From positions 24,056,001-24,120,000 of the forward strand of contig OZ260663.1 in NCBI GenBank assembly GCA_965285935.1: DNA of 64,000 nucleotides, given 5' to 3'. The notes below the pieces were generated by a model. That model saw nothing but the letters and a program-made list of their open reading frames with translations, searched no databases and was not told the DNA's origin. This document shows positions 13,299 through 28,400 of this stretch, one piece after another. The position numbers and the translations under genes are program-made. Each line of letters starts with the position of its first letter. Position 1 is the first letter of the stretch. This DNA comes from Ophelia neglecta (lineage: Eukaryota).

Positions 13299-13817
13299 AA
13301 GGAAATCTCTTGGAATTTCAGTGAAAGAGCAGATGTTAAGCGCCCACCCCACTTCCCCCGCCCCTAACCCCCCCCCCCCCCTGGAGGCAATATTTAATCA
13401 GGAACTATTAGCGGTACTGCCAAAGGTCGCTCAGTAGTCATGGCTTTTAATTTAGATACGATTCACGCTTTGGAAGGAAGGTATGATAATCTCAATAAAA
13501 GAGAAACCATATTATTCCAAAGTAATTTTTTCTTTGTGATGTTCTCAATTTTCGGAATATAAATTTAAAGTGACAGGAGTGCAGTTGGAAATAGTTTATC
13601 AGAAAAGGGATGCAATAGCGAGTTCTATATGTCTATGTCAAGTTAGACATTTGACGTTTTGTCTGGAACTGAACGCGTTAAATCTGGATACAATTAGTCC
13701 AATCGTCGCCACCTCAGTTGGCGGTACATGATGTAAGGGACCAATAATGATTTGGGGGTGAGATTCTTCAGCTGCCGATAGTCGGTTCACACTTACACAT
13801 ATGTCACTCATATCCAA

Positions 13818-14006
13818 CAGTGGCGGATTGAGGGGGGGGGGGCAGGGGACCCGCCCCCTTTTGCCAAAAAGTTGGCCAGGACCAGGGCCTGTTTCTGGAC
13901 CCACGCAAACTGGTTTCAGAGGTATCGTGAACAATCTAGACATTTGCCTTGTCAGCCTTGGAAAACTTGCCCCCCACCCCTTCCTGAAATCCTGGATCCG
14001 CCACTG
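13818..14006. mobile_element. MITE with CAGTGGCGGAT terminal inverted repeats (hAT-like termini)
   Basis: CAGTGGCGGAT at 13818 and ATCCGCCACTG ending at 14006, with TCCAA directly repeated on both flanks. Confidence 0.75.
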
Positions 14007-14009
14007 TCC

Positions 14010-15180
14010 AACCACGAGTCAATTTGACTCGAAGAGTAGCCGCCAGTTAGACTTGCCTGTTCGCCAGGATATAGCAACGGCGAGCTAGTTTACTCGTTCA
14101 AATACTAAGAAGAGTGAAAAAACAAAACTGGAGTAAATTGACTCTTTTCAGAGTACTGCGTGTTTAATATTCATACTGCGAGTCAATCTGCGCCAGTTTG
14201 ACGCCTTTACTCGTAGAGTTAGAGCAAAGGGTTAGTCAATTGGCTCTTTCACATATTACGGGGAGTCATAAACCCAAACCAAAGTATATGGACTCCTATC
14301 AAGAGTCATTGCAAGCAAGACACTCATAGAGCGAGTCAATTTGACTCGGGCATTGCGCTAGTTAGACTCGCTTAGCAAAATAGCCCCATTCTGAAACATA
14401 GACAATACCGAGCATGTGCAATAGCTCACTTTCTTTGGGCGGGAAATGTGGTGACGTTTGGATCGTGCGGTCGTATGGATCGTAAATAATAAAAACTTAT
14501 ATAAAATTTCAGGGCAAATATTGCGAAAGCGGCGTGTTTCTGATTCTATAGCTATTCAAGGAACAGGATGATATAACATAGAACCAGATCATGGAAGAGA
14601 AGCGCCTAAGAAATGAAAATACGAGTACACTACCAAAAATTTTAAGACTTGGTACAGTCGAGTGCAATTTTGAAGCAAGTATCCTATTATATTCCATCTT
14701 CTTTTTTGTCGGCTCCAGAGGAAAAGACATCGTATGTTTACGACCTAGAGAATTATTTAAAAGAGACTGGCATTAATTGTTGTTTATAAAATGTCTATGC
14801 TATATTGGCCTATAGATATAAATAAAAACATTGTCCTATCATGTGCTCTATTCTTCTCATACCTAGAATGTGTTAACTTATAATAAATTAGGTTAAAGGA
14901 TAAGAACATGTTCACCTTGCACTAATTGTTAAATTTACCCCGATCTGTTGGATCTGATTTTCACCGTGTAGCAAGCAGAACCTCTGACTCTGATTCAGAT
15001 GCCTTCAGTCTGGTGAGAGGTCAAATGACTATGGCGAAGAGTCAAAATGTGTTTTAATGGTCCAAGTGACTGGTTAGATTCAACTCTGATTCAGAGGCAA
15101 ATTGACCTTGTTGAAGAGTCAGTTTACTCAGTTTAGAGAGTCACCTAGTCCAAAATGACTTGACTTAATTTTAAAAGCAG
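14010..15180. mobile_element. Degenerate non-autonomous DNA transposon with subterminal GAGTCAAWTTGACTC repeats
   Basis: Many GAGTCA/TGACTC palindromic motifs cluster at 14016-14370 and 14985-15165 around an unrelated core. Confidence 0.5.
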
Positions 15181-18100
15181 CCTTTCTGCATAACGACATT
15201 ACAAGCTTTCTCGCTGGCGTTCAATGGTATTTTGTGTCATATTTCTTCTCTGTTAAATAACAGGCGAATATTGGCCCTGGCAACAAATGATTTGCTTTCT
15301 TCTTGCCGCGGGCCAATAAAAATGATGAACATTGTCTTCTGGCATGCCAGAGATATGTTATCGGACAGCTTTGTTCGAATTAATTCCTTCAAACGTTGTA
15401 AAACATCTATAATTTCTCCAGACTGTTAACGCTTTTGAATGACAATTACAAATAAACCAAATCTTTCAAAGGACATATAGGTTTCTTTAGAAGACAGGGG
15501 GTGAGGCCCCGTGACAAGTCCCTCCTAAGTATTTCTCTTGTCACTGTTCACTGTTTTATTCATTTCTGACACGTTTTCCAAGAAATTCTTTAATGATCAG
15601 CATAATTTTATTAACTTGGGTTAGAGACGCTAACATGTTTTAAATGGTTTGACTATGTCTATTTGAGCATGGCATAGAGATTATCTATACCTAAAGCAGC
15701 GGAGAAGAAGGGTGTGTAAAAAGAAATAATCTGGCCTTAATATATATTTTAATGAAGCAGCGTCTTTTTTAACGAAAGACAATAACCTTTATCATGAACT
15801 AAATGGTAACATCACCTACGTGATATAATGACAATAGTTGTATATTATTAGCTACTAGTCTAACAGGCGTTCTTTGATAACTTGTTCTATCATAAGCATA
15901 GCTCATTGGTAACTAAATAAAAAAAGCCTGGAGACCGATATAAAATAAAAGTTTAGATTGATGCGACTTATACGGTTGAAGACTTTACTTATTTATTAAA
16001 TGCCTTATCCTGGGTAGCCCTATCAATTTTTAAACTGTTATTCTTAGATGACTAGCTAACAATGTACACGTGAAAAGGAATAAAGACTAGAACATATTAA
16101 GAATTAGAATCATTACTTTTCAATAATATCCATGTCCTAACCCAGTGCATGTAATAAGTGTCCAGGAAGTGGCGTTCTGTCACTTACAAAGAAAGTAGGA
16201 TCTATTACAGCAGCCGACTCCGAGCTATCAGCTTATGTTTGTTCTACGAAATTAGAGGTGAAGCATGAAAGGAAATAAACGATATCTCTCACGGCTAGAA
16301 TCTCGTTTCTGGAGTGTGCTGTGTGATGATATGTGTTTCCAGAAGGTCAAGTGCCAAGGGGCAGCGAAGGCTTGCTCGTAAGATATGTATCACTTTCACG
16401 AGCTTCTATGGTGACTCATCCTCAAATTAGAACGTTTCCTTGTAAAAATAAGGTGTTTTTTTTCCGGATTTCTCACCCGATTGCAAGGACCGTTTTGCAC
16501 CTTAAATTAGTTCTGTGTGGATGGAGGGATGTCAGCAGAGAATGCATTTTAATAAGAGAGAACATATTGCAGACTCTTCTATGGCATATTTCATCTTCGT
16601 ACTACGAGGACTATGGACTGGTTTATTTTAATTGTTGTTTTTACTCACAACATAAAAGCGTTGACTATTGCGAATTTGAGTGATATAACATCCTATTACT
16701 TTTCCTGAAATAATTGTGTACCTAGGGAGACACCATTAGCTAACCAGGGGCTTGGGGGGGGGGGGTTCTCAGTATTCAATTTTGTTTTAAGAGTGAGAGG
16801 TGTTTTCTGTTGTGTGAAGTCCGGCCTCCGGATTCCTTTGTCAGGTGATAAAGAAAAACCTTTGCAGAGTTTATGTGCCTTTTTCTGGGGTATATTCCGT
16901 TATCTGGTCGGGGATTTGGTTTGAGCAGCCTTTGGTTAAGACAATATGGCCGCCAGGGGCACGAAAGCCTTTTTGTTTGTCGGCCTTTAAAAAGAAAACC
17001 AGTTTTCAGTTTGTTTTTGGCCACCTAGAATATACCACATCTGTTAAGAGGTTGTTTAGGGCAACCTCTGTTGTCATGGCAACAGGAAAATAAAGATGAC
17101 AGCATTATAAGCTTAATATGCAGTCTGTTAGCCAGTTAGAGCTTTAATTACAATTGAAAGGCTAAAGAAAAGTATTGTCTGCGAATACAATGGTGCTTGC
17201 AGATTTGATCTTAGCGTACGTGATGAAGGTCGAGTCATATGCGGTGGCCGCATTAAGGTAGCCCAGTGATCATCTGTAATGTAATTTATGACTGAAAGTC
17301 AAAGATAGTCTGGCATATTTCGTGCATATACACAATGTCCATGAACAGGTGAATAGTATTTTTATTTCCTTCCGCTAAATTGGTGTGATGAGCATGCGAG
17401 CTTCATCAGATACCTGGCCCCTAAAAGGCATGAGCCATATACACCATAAAACATTAAATCTTGTGTAAACTGCTTCAAATTTGCAAAACTTAATTATCCT
17501 GTTTTTAATTACGCCATCCACTTATGCAAGCGATCTATTGCACAAGTTCGCCGTTGGCACGATACGGCGACTGCTAATGCCTCGGTCACAATTGTTCCTA
17601 TTCTGAAAAAGGAGCCCGGCCGATGTGTTTGGTTTTTTGGCTAATATCAGGCGGGCACCGGCGATGTCGTATGATTTTTGAGTACTTATTCCAATTTAAT
17701 GAGCATTGAATGCTTGGTTTTGTGGCTTATGTTGAAACAAAAAGACGCATCTTCATTGCAAGTAAAACGGTTTGAGTTTGTTATTTAGTTCAAATTTGGT
17801 TAGGACTTTGTTCGCAGTTATTTGAACGAGTGTTGGTGTATTGCGGGCATTCTGTCGGAGGTTCCTGATGTACGTATAATTACATTGATCAATTCTTGAT
17901 GACGTAACGTTGCCCGTCGTGTTTTCCCTCCAGTTTAAAAAGAATGTTTATATACTACTCCCTCATTGACGTGGCACAAATCGCAACTCCGGAAACAGGG
18001 GAGGTTTTGACATGACAACAACGTCTTGTGACATGTCACACCGCAACATTCCAAATAATGTGCATAAGAGCGTTCTCCTTTATATAAGACCTTTTGTGAA

Positions 18101-18411
18101 AATGACAAGGGATTATTTAATTTATAAATAGCTATTTCGTCTTGCTATCACTATGACCAAATATACCAAAAAATCATTCATAGGCGAATACGAAATGTGA
18201 GGTAATCATTTGTGCTTGGTTCTCACCAAATCTTAAAAACCTGTCATACATCCTACCACCAATAATTAACAACACCACGAAATCAGCAATTCAATGAATA
18301 TTTATTCTCCTCTGAAGGCGACTGGTCGACCCAAACTGGAGTGAAAGATGGGAAGACTTGAAATAAACCCAGAAGGCTCTGTGTGCCATCAAGAGAAGAT
18401 CGGTTTGCCGG

Positions 18412-18522
18412 CAGACCCCGTCTGGAGAATGTAAAGTCAGGTATAGATTACAGGGACACATGATTGATAATGTTCAGAAAGGTAGAAATCGACTGCCCCT
18501 GACCTGTTTGAGAAATCGGTTT
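18412..18522 (+). promoter_or_regulatory. Module C (other copies 4452-4566, 24328-24380, 36668-36775, 47582-47695)
   Basis: Consensus core CGTCTGGAGAATGTA...TTACAG.G.CANNTG...AATGTACAGA...AATCGACTG...TGAGAA; the 24328 copy is partial. Confidence 0.65.
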
Positions 18523-19317
18523 AGAATTGCAGTAAATAAAAGAGGCAACTCTCTCAGCATCAACTCGTAGGTTTTTCTAGCTGCATGCTATACGAGGCGT
18601 GATAATTATGAACCATTAGTATATTATAATCTCAATGCTAAAGAAAATGAGAAAAAAAGATTATACTTAAATAGGAAAATTAGGTTTTTACCAAAATGAG
18701 ATATATGATGAGATGTGCAAGTAAATTTATACTGCCTGTGAAGAATGCGACACAAGTAGCACCTGATATTTCTAATAGAACAAAATATTGACATCATCTT
18801 ACTTGCAATATGTCAACGTTTTGCGTCCACTGTTCCTTTCCACCACACGTTTTTGGTTACACCATAACCCATAGGAACATTGCGGAAAACTAAGGCAGGA
18901 CTATGAAGATGCCAATCGATATTTTAATTATGAAAAGAATCTTTTTATCCAAACTACCTCAAGTCTAAATATAAATAAACGATGCATTGGATGAACTTAT
19001 TGAGCTCACTTTGGCCTATGATGTCGGCTGATAAACTGGTCAATCTAGTCTATAATGGCGATATGTCTTCTCAACTTTTATTATGATACATGCCCATAAA
19101 GTTCCTTCGATAAATAAAATTGATATGTTTGTATATCCAATCGAACATGGTCAAAGGAGGGGTAGGAGGAGGAAGTCGTCTGATAAATGAATATGTCTCT
19201 TGCTAGTTGGATCACACTTGCTGCTAAATGCTAGCCTTACAGCTTATGTCAGCACGATTAGCACGGTAGTCTAGACTTTGTCGGCTGTCAGAAACCGTGG
19301 GTGTTGTCAGGGCTTTA

Positions 19318-19410
19318 GCACGTCGTCAATCACTGAGCAATTTGTCTAACCCTGGTGCCAGATGTAGGCACCCCGAGGGGTCAGAGATCAACCTGTGTGT
19401 GCTCGGGTGA
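19318..19410 (+). promoter_or_regulatory. Module B (other copies 24714-24760, 37876-37975, 48838-48925)
   Basis: Shared core GTCGT(A/C)AATC...ATT(T/G)GTCTAA; three copies continue to GGTCAGAGA. Confidence 0.62.
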
Positions 19411-22400
19411 ACACCTGGCGCTTACTAGATCACACATATATATGAGTGAAATGTTCCTTCATTGCTTACCAAATACAAAAAGTGGACAGTTAATGGCAAT
19501 AGGCCTGTCTTTTATTATAAGCTATTTGGAATTCCTAGATTAGGAAGGCTGCTAGGCCTACATCTCACATTGGTTATTCATTCCTCTGAAATGTTTATTT
19601 CCTAGAATGTTTAATTTTTTGTTTTGTTTATTCCGCGCGTCTACAGCTGCACCATGTTAAAAGGAATAAATGAATCACTGGTCAGTGTAAAAATCGTTCC
19701 AGCCTCCCCGCAGAAATAAGACAGCTTCTCTGAATAGACAAAATAAGAAGTCTAACAGATATCTATCACGCAATACGTTAACATTTGACTTAATTTCATT
19801 GAGCGCCTGTCCGTATATGTAGCGGCCACGACCCTAGTACAGCTTAATACTATTTAGGCAGACACAAGCAAAGGGTCGATTTCATACCGGTGAAAGTGGG
19901 CGAAAATATATCCAAGCAAGAGGGCGACACCGATTGTGGGTTGCAGTAAAAAATATGTTAAGGTCAAATCGGAGGTACATGTAGATAAATCGGCAACAAG
20001 GACAGCATGCAAACGAAGTGAAAATCTCCTCTCTAACTTGGCCTAGACTAAAAGCAGACGTGTTGGTAGAAATACTTAAGGCAACAAAAAAAACAGCTGC
20101 CCGGTAGTATTAGCTTTGCGACCGTTTGTTCGTTACCGAGAGCGAACGACACAAGGGCGGCGACACAGCCTCCCCAACAGATGTGCATACTTGCAAAAAT
20201 ACATTGTTCAAACCTAAGAACTCACGGGCGCAATTGGCTAAATGTATTGTTCAAACCTTAACGCCTAATATACAATAAGGATGACGAAAGGAAGAATAAG
20301 GATATACTACGATAAATGAAAATGCTAATTTGACACCCGGATGTGGTGATTAAAGAATATACTGCTGAGAAGTGTTTGGTATTTTCCACTGATACCAGAT
20401 GGTTTTTTCCCCACTGCATACCTTTAGCTGTATTTCTTCTATCTAAAACTACATAATCAGTCCGGAGAGAGGATTGGTGGTGGCTCCATATGACTATGAC
20501 CAAGGTAAAATTGCCACTTATTCTGCAAAAAACTATGAAAAATTCCCTTTTATTGATGGCAATAAGTTCAAATTGCATCTCTAAGTTGGTGATCCGGGTT
20601 CGGAAGAGAAGCCTCATGACTCAGAAGGCTACCTACTCAATTAGAATAGAAGTATCCCACCCCCTCTTTGCCTGGTCTGCCAGATCTGGGTAATATCAAA
20701 GCCAACGCTCAAATCGCCGGGAGGCAGAAACTCGGTACAACAACCGGCGATTGTTCGTGGAGTGTAGCGTGTCACGAGACCTCCCACTAACACCGAAAAA
20801 AATTAAATCACCTCTTAATGAGCACAAAATTTCCGAAATATAAATCTATATTGTATATAGTGTATAAAACAATATTATTAGATGACGTGACGATTGAACA
20901 ATTATTGATTTTTGTTTGATAAGTCATCAATAGCACCAGCAAGTTGTCATCATACTTAAACGAACGATCATTAGAGTTGCCCTATTGCTTAATTTTATCA
21001 AATATTGTTATGTTGATTTGTATATTTACCAATTATACTTTTACGGCCGGGTCACCTGCTATCTATTGAAATATGATACCATGGCGTATTTCTTCAAATA
21101 TACGTGTTTACGTGTCAAATTGTCAGTAACCTGAAATGTCTAAATAGAAGATTAGTTAGTGGAATGGCTATTCTGAGCTCGATCTTAGTATTATATGATC
21201 GCCATCACTGGCTTTGTAACTGTGATCCGTTGAGTTGGACAATCTTTAACATATAAAAAAGGAAATATGATTCATCAGCATAGAGATTATAATAGTAGTT
21301 TGATATGCTGCCGCTTTTTTTCAATATTTATTTATTTCCCATGCTTAAACTTTGAATGTCGGTCGGGAGCCAACAAAACGGTCGTGTCTCTCAACCTTAC
21401 AAAATGTTACACGTCCGACCAGTCTGGTGTTTTCAGCCCGGCACCGAAACATTTGGTACCAAATTCCAATCGGGGTTGTCTTGAATCGACCTGACTAGAA
21501 CTCCATATCTGGGAATTTACAAATATCGAAACTTGAGGAACTGCTCTTATAATAAGTTAGTGAACTCTAGGAGCTGGGAAGATTGGTAGCATATGCATGT
21601 GTCTCTGATACACCATGGGAGGTCTTGGGAGGTGTTTACTGTTACCAAACGCCTCCTGTTTTATAAAATTTGTTTTGGTCAAGCTGTGCCTGAATTGTAG
21701 GTAGATCCTGTATTGGTCAATTGTCAAAAAACTAAGTAGCCTTGCATGAAGGAGGACACAATTTTATTATTGAAAGATTTTCAAGCATTTGTGGTGGTGT
21801 ACCTTTCTTTCCCTTGTCTATTTCACTACTTATTGATATGCACTGTTTTCATGTGAATTTATTTTCTATATTAAGCATTTGTGTTCTGTCTGTCGTCTGC
21901 CAGGTGTTATTTACTGGGCCAGTTGAGGGGTCAGCTCATTATCAAGTAAGTAGATCTAGGTATTGTGAACAGAGAAGCACTATGGTTGGCGTAAACGATA
22001 ACCTTGCCAACCTTATGTCTGATCCTTAACTAGGCGTGACAATGCAGACATAATTATGTCAGGAATTTCGTATTACTGCCCAAACTGTAATGCTTCCTTT
22101 ACCATTAACACAATGTATAATATTCGATGCTGTTAACTTCTCTGTGTAGGCCACACTCCAATCAAAGTATTGAAGCTGCTGAGTAATACGTCAACGTAAC
22201 GTGCAGAAGAAAGTCAAACGTAAAACACACAAGAAGTTGTGCAAGTTCCTAATTATGGGCGGTTGTAAATGTCATTTTAAACTTAAATCTGTATTAAAGG
22301 CGTTTACACGGTTTATGGGTAATATCGTTGGCAGGGCGGATTAGTAGACCATTTTATATTCTGCATGCCCACGCATCGTAAATTTGTCCGTCATGACAAG

Positions 22401-25400
22401 AACGTCTTTGGGAAAACTGGTTTCCTCACCACCTGTGTGGTCTTACCAAATAAGCATCCTATAAAATTAGTCGACTTCCAATGGTCCATATTGGTGATGT
22501 GTTTACAAGAAGAAAAATATGTTATTTCATTGATGATGAAGAAAAAAGATAGGGATATCAGGTTGTAAAATCTGACTGTCTTTGGCCTCTTATAATGTAT
22601 TATTATACAATAACTGTTTATGCAAATACATTCAATATCATGTCTAACTAGTCAAATAGCAGTGCTAAGCAGTAAATTTACTATTTATATTCCTAACTTG
22701 CGGGTCTAGAGAACGGTAAATGAGAGCATGCCCATTTCTCCAGTTCCTCGTTTTAGTCTGCTTATTGCTGAAATGGGCCCCGGTCTCCGCATCAACAATC
22801 CAGGATTACACTGACACCACCAAGCATCATCTCGAACATCGATAATCAGTCATTGTATCTATGATCATATCCACGGGCCAATCATTTTAAGCAACACTGA
22901 AGAAGTTTTGTGCGGAATGTATATTATTCAGTTGATTAAGATAAATTGGAAAGAATGAAGGAATCCCATAACACACGACAGCGAACAAAGGTGATATTTA
23001 CACAATCTGAAAAATCATAAACATGCCGTTTTAATAATTCTCCATACCACCTTGAGGGGTTAACAGGTTGATTTTATGCAACTGAAATTCCTGCGAGTTT
23101 CTACATACAAGCATGCAAAGGCATAAACCAGCTGTAGGCCCAGGTAATGTCGAATTTACCATTTCCCACTGTATATCTGTGCAAATATATCTGTGCATAA
23201 TAGTGGATGATATGCGTATCTTAATGGCATTATTGCTATATGACAGCCAATTTCTGTGCCCTACGTGCTGATGTGCTCATTAGTTACTATTATCAGGGAA
23301 GGTATCCTCAACGAACTGTTGCTTAAATCAATGTATGAAGGGACAGGGATGCCAACATAAAATATATGCTTGGATATATATTGCGTTGCACAAGTGTTGA
23401 GGAAAATGGGTATGTGTCTATTGAAAATATCTGACATCAAATATGTATCCTATTGATCTCGCCAGGTTCTCACATTGGAGACTTGCGGTGCATGTTACGG
23501 TTTACCTAAACACTCAAAACGTAGAGTCTTTTTTATGTCAGGACATACCATACGCGTGATCTATGCGAAGAAAACTGAAACAGAAAGATTGAAGAGAAAT
23601 AAAATATGTTGAGAAGTTTTATCTTCCTACTTTTACAGGTTTTGAGATATTAATGTATAGTTCAATTGATGTCAAATGTAACGGAAATATCGGAGAATAT
23701 TGCAAAACCTCCCAGTCTAGGCCTACAAAGAAGTCGACGCATTATTGTTGTCTGGTTCTGTTAGGCTATAAATCATGCCGCCACAGTAGGAGGAAATCAG
23801 TGTCAGGGGTCGATCATGACTTGTGGGACGAGAGTTTCCAGTTGCCTTTAGATGACATCAAGTTTGACCTGAGCAAGCTGCTACAGAAAACTAATCAACA
23901 ATAGGGTAAATGTACGCGACGTTTCCTCTTTCAAATGCTGTTCTTCACATGTAGAACTCGATTGGTTGAAAACACAAGATTTGACACAACACACTCCAGT
24001 AACATGATTTCTGATGCAAAACGAGATTGTTTATGTCCTTTTACGCTTCCCTTCAGATGCAGTAGAACTAACGGAAACTGATAGCTTCCAGTTGGTTCTT
24101 GAAATTGAAGAAACTTTATGGATATCCTCAGGCAACACCTCACATATACTCTACTCCCCTTCCCCTACCACCATGATCATCAAGCACCCCTTATCCTTGC
24201 TTGGTTTATACAAATTTATTGATTTCTCTGTGGCGCTAACTTCTGCCAATATGGTGACACATCCTCCTCCTACTGTTTTAAAACTTCTGAGAGAAATTTC
24301 AAGAGAATTTTGGTTAGTCAACAGATGAAGCCTGGAGAATAAATGTTAAGGGAACGATTACAGGGACACCTGTCTTAATATATAACACACACACAACAAC
24401 AAAAAAGGAAGTAAAACTTGTTGAGGAATGTTAAAAAATATAATGGGTAATAGAATAAATACGAAGGAATGGTCGACAGGAATGCATCTCTCAATCCTGA
24501 AGCCTAAGCATCAATTCTCAGCTGCCCAAAAGTAAATAAACAAGTTATTAAGGTATCTATAATAAATTAACATTGATATCACTTGCAATGGATTTGTTTA
24601 ATAAAGTATACTTCAAAACACCCTATCATTACTATATGAGAAAGCCCATTCGAAGGTAACGATTCTGTGCCAAGAATTAGCAGCCAGAAAACATTGAAAA
24701 TGTCAGGTCTTTGGCAGGTCGTAAATCAGGGAGCTATTTGTCTAATTATCGCCCCAGTGGCAAACATCCTGTGGAGAGTAATCTGTGCACGCCGAGGATG
24801 CGCAGATATGGTTCGGAAGGTACGCACTACAGGACTTTCAGGAATCTTCATTCCTTGGTAAGAACATATTTGAAATTACCATAATGCTTACCACCTTCTC
24901 AGAATAAACATGTATTTTATTTTGACGATAACAGATACTCCCTTTATGGTAGCAAATACTGGAATGCGAACAATCATTGAATAGCCAGTAACTTTGTGGG
25001 AGTATGCACTGTGCAGTTTCTTCACAATCGCTTATTAGTGTAAGTACTTGTATATAAATGTAGCGCGGTTTGCTAATTGAAAATATATAGAATGAATATT
25101 ATTATATTAGACAGACTAAAATAATCAGAAAAAGGGGTCATATCGGTCTTATGACATATGTATTTTAATTATCTGACGCCGAAATCTCTTCACCGTAAAC
25201 TGTACATTATTATGAGAAAAGGGCTAAACACATTAAATACGTTTGCATTTGCTCGAATGCCAAATTGCATTTCCCCAATGAACGAGGCAGTAATCGCACT
25301 GCAAGAGAGGCGTGAATCATATCTTTGTTTTAATATTTACATTTCAACATACACCGACTATTTACAGATGGTATACCGCGTCAAAAACACTTGTTGTAAC

Positions 25401-25460
25401 AGTTTAAAGTCGCTCTGCAGAAAATATCTATTTGAAAACCCTTTTCTTACAAACATTTAC

Positions 25461-25483
25461 ATATATATATATATATATATATA
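25461..25483. repeat. (AT)n microsatellite
   Basis: Directly visible. Confidence 0.85.
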
Positions 25484-28400
25484 TGTCACATTGGTATTAT
25501 ACGGGGGCGCCACCGACTAGAGAATTGTAGTCGGCTTTAACCATATGTATACCTTAACTATCGATAAAGGTATATATAATATTTTGAAGAGGAGTCGAAA
25601 TTAATATGTTTATATGATTATATCTATAAACTAAATTTGCCTCTGTTCTTTGCCTAAAAAACCGAGAGACCCCGAAACGAAGAGATTTTCTGCCCAGCTA
25701 GATCCGATTTTCCAATGAATCAGACTTGTGAATATACTCGCAGGATGGATAAGTAACAAACACTTAACTGTTTTATGACAAATCGTTAGAGATGATCATA
25801 AATAAATAAAAAGTTGGGTATTGGGTCTTGCAAGGTGCACTTGAACGTTCCTATCTTCCGTCAAAGTGTGATTTGACCTAGAATGAAACTAACAGTTGGT
25901 TGACACAAGACCTTCTACAAACGGGGATTCTTTGGCCGGTAAACTAAGTGTTGATTATGATAAATACCAAGCCCTTCTTATCATTTTACTGGAGTGGAAT
26001 TCTAAGCGGAGAGCACTTGGTTTGCACACGTGATCTTTGTATAAATTTACAAGGTCAAATGTGAGATAGATAGATGCATTATATTATTATAAGTCGTTTC
26101 TGTGTTAAACACAATTGCTTTAAAGTGTATATCAGCGTAAATATAGAGAATATATTGTAAACTGTAGTAAACTATACCAGAAGTGTCTTTACCACCGCAA
26201 TGAGCTCACTGGAGAAGAGTGTATCTGTGAAATGGATCTTCCATAACAAGTCATCGGGTGCATAAACATTGAGAACATTAACACTCTTTATGATGTAATG
26301 TTCTACAAGTAAAATTTACTATAGCCATGATGCATATTGTCTGTGTTTTTGTCAAGACCTGAATGTGATGATGTAGTATGTAATATTCTAAGTTTTCCCC
26401 ACCATTATTTGATTCACACAAGGGCCAGTGTTTGAGCATCTGGTATTAAACCGAAATGTACAATTGTTTTAGTAGAATTCGATTGGTGTGAAACTCCTCA
26501 TCATTTTAGGTATTTTAAGGGACCATACGTCATTTTATCAGGCATCAAGAGTTTCTATCATTATCACTAAGTACGAAGGTAAAGCAGTACATAAGCAACA
26601 TATAAATTCAGCACATTTTAGTAAGTAATGCTCATTTACTATGTTAGTTGCATATTTTTCAAGCACCAGTTGAAAACTGGGCCCTAATAATAGGGATTAC
26701 TTTGTTTAAAACCAGGCAATCCAGTTGCACCATGAATTGTTTTTCATTCTGAATATATCAGAGGACGAATTGTTAACTGACATAAATTTACATTGTTAAA
26801 ATAATAAAGTCGACAATTCACTAAAAAATTAACACGAAACAGCCGCCAAGCAAAGAAACAAATTACTCAATAAAAATAGTTGCATAGTGAGTTGTGGTTT
26901 GCATAGGATAGACCACATCCGTGAAGACGATATACCGCACAGGAGACTTACTCGAATGGCCAATTCACTTATATATAAACTGCATTTTATACGCCGCCTA
27001 ACACACACATTGCTTTAATTCTTTTGGAGCTTGGAACCACTACCGGCTGTTTAAAATCAGTTTGCAAACTGGATCGACCTTTGGCACCAAATGCCCCCTG
27101 CCGGGGAAGCGACGACTTGTCAAATTGTTTCATGATTTATAACCTGCCGTTATCGGGTTGACAATCGCTATATTGGAATTTGACACTTGCTACGATTACC
27201 GCATAACGGCGTTAGGCAAAACAGAACATTTTCACGCCAACTAATCTTACAACTTAGAGAAGAGGAAACATGAACTTTGTAACCAGCGCGGTGTTAAGAT
27301 ATATTCAGTATATTTATTAGGCATATAATCCATACACTTAATTACTGCTTCCTCGGGTTTGCAGGTGAACATAATCAGTTATCATCAGATGATAGGCAAT
27401 CCTCATCAGAGGTTAATCCATTGCCAAACAGGTATACCCGTTTACAGATATAAACCCCATGGATAGCGCCCTTTATATGTCTGGTCCTCTGGTGACATAG
27501 TTATCATATTTGAAGGTTTGTGATGCACCAACAAGTCCCCAGTAGGAACTAAAGCTACATTTTAACTGGATTTTTATTAGTTTTGAAATCATATTAAAAG
27601 TCAACAAATCATTCGCCGAATTTGCAAAATTGCAGAAGGCATTGTACAGTCAGTATTCTAAATTGGACTATCATATCCAAGGTCACTTGCAGATATCTTC
27701 GCGTAGGTCTCTTAATCAGTGGCAAACACTCATAGTTGTGTAATAACGAGAAGCAATTAAACAGATTCCTCTATTAATTTATCTAGGAATAAATTCAATT
27801 TGTACCGTATTTTTCGTGCGTACGAATTCATATTCCTTGTCAAAATATATTTGTCAGGTCTATGCTTATCTTTTCCGCGTTTAAACAATGAGGTCTTGAA
27901 ATATGACAGAACATAGTCAAATAAATCAACTACACAAATACACTGTAGTATATTAGTAGTACAGAAGTTTTCTAAGGCCAATGTGGTGAAAGTACGCAAG
28001 CTTATATGATTTAAAAAGCTCTGCGCGCTCAACTAGGCACGTGTACATATTATGGGAAATCATTTCGGCAGTGTGGAAAGCCGAACTCAGTACTTGGGCA
28101 GATCTGAGAGGTCGTATACACATGTCAGGGACAGAACGAATGCTTTTAGGTGTCTGGCACCGGCTGGGTGGTCTACTTGGCACCATGCATCTCTGTGAGG
28201 CTGGACTATTTGCGGTTGTTGGCTTTCTATATGTAACCGATGAATTATCTTGACTTATACTTGGGAAATATGCCTTACCCAGTTATTAACAACTCGAAAA
28301 TAGAAGATACAAATGAGGTCAATATGTCTAATACGTCTTGCCAATTAAAAACGAGCGGACCAAGAAAACTGGGTTATTAGATGTATTTAATGGTAATGGG

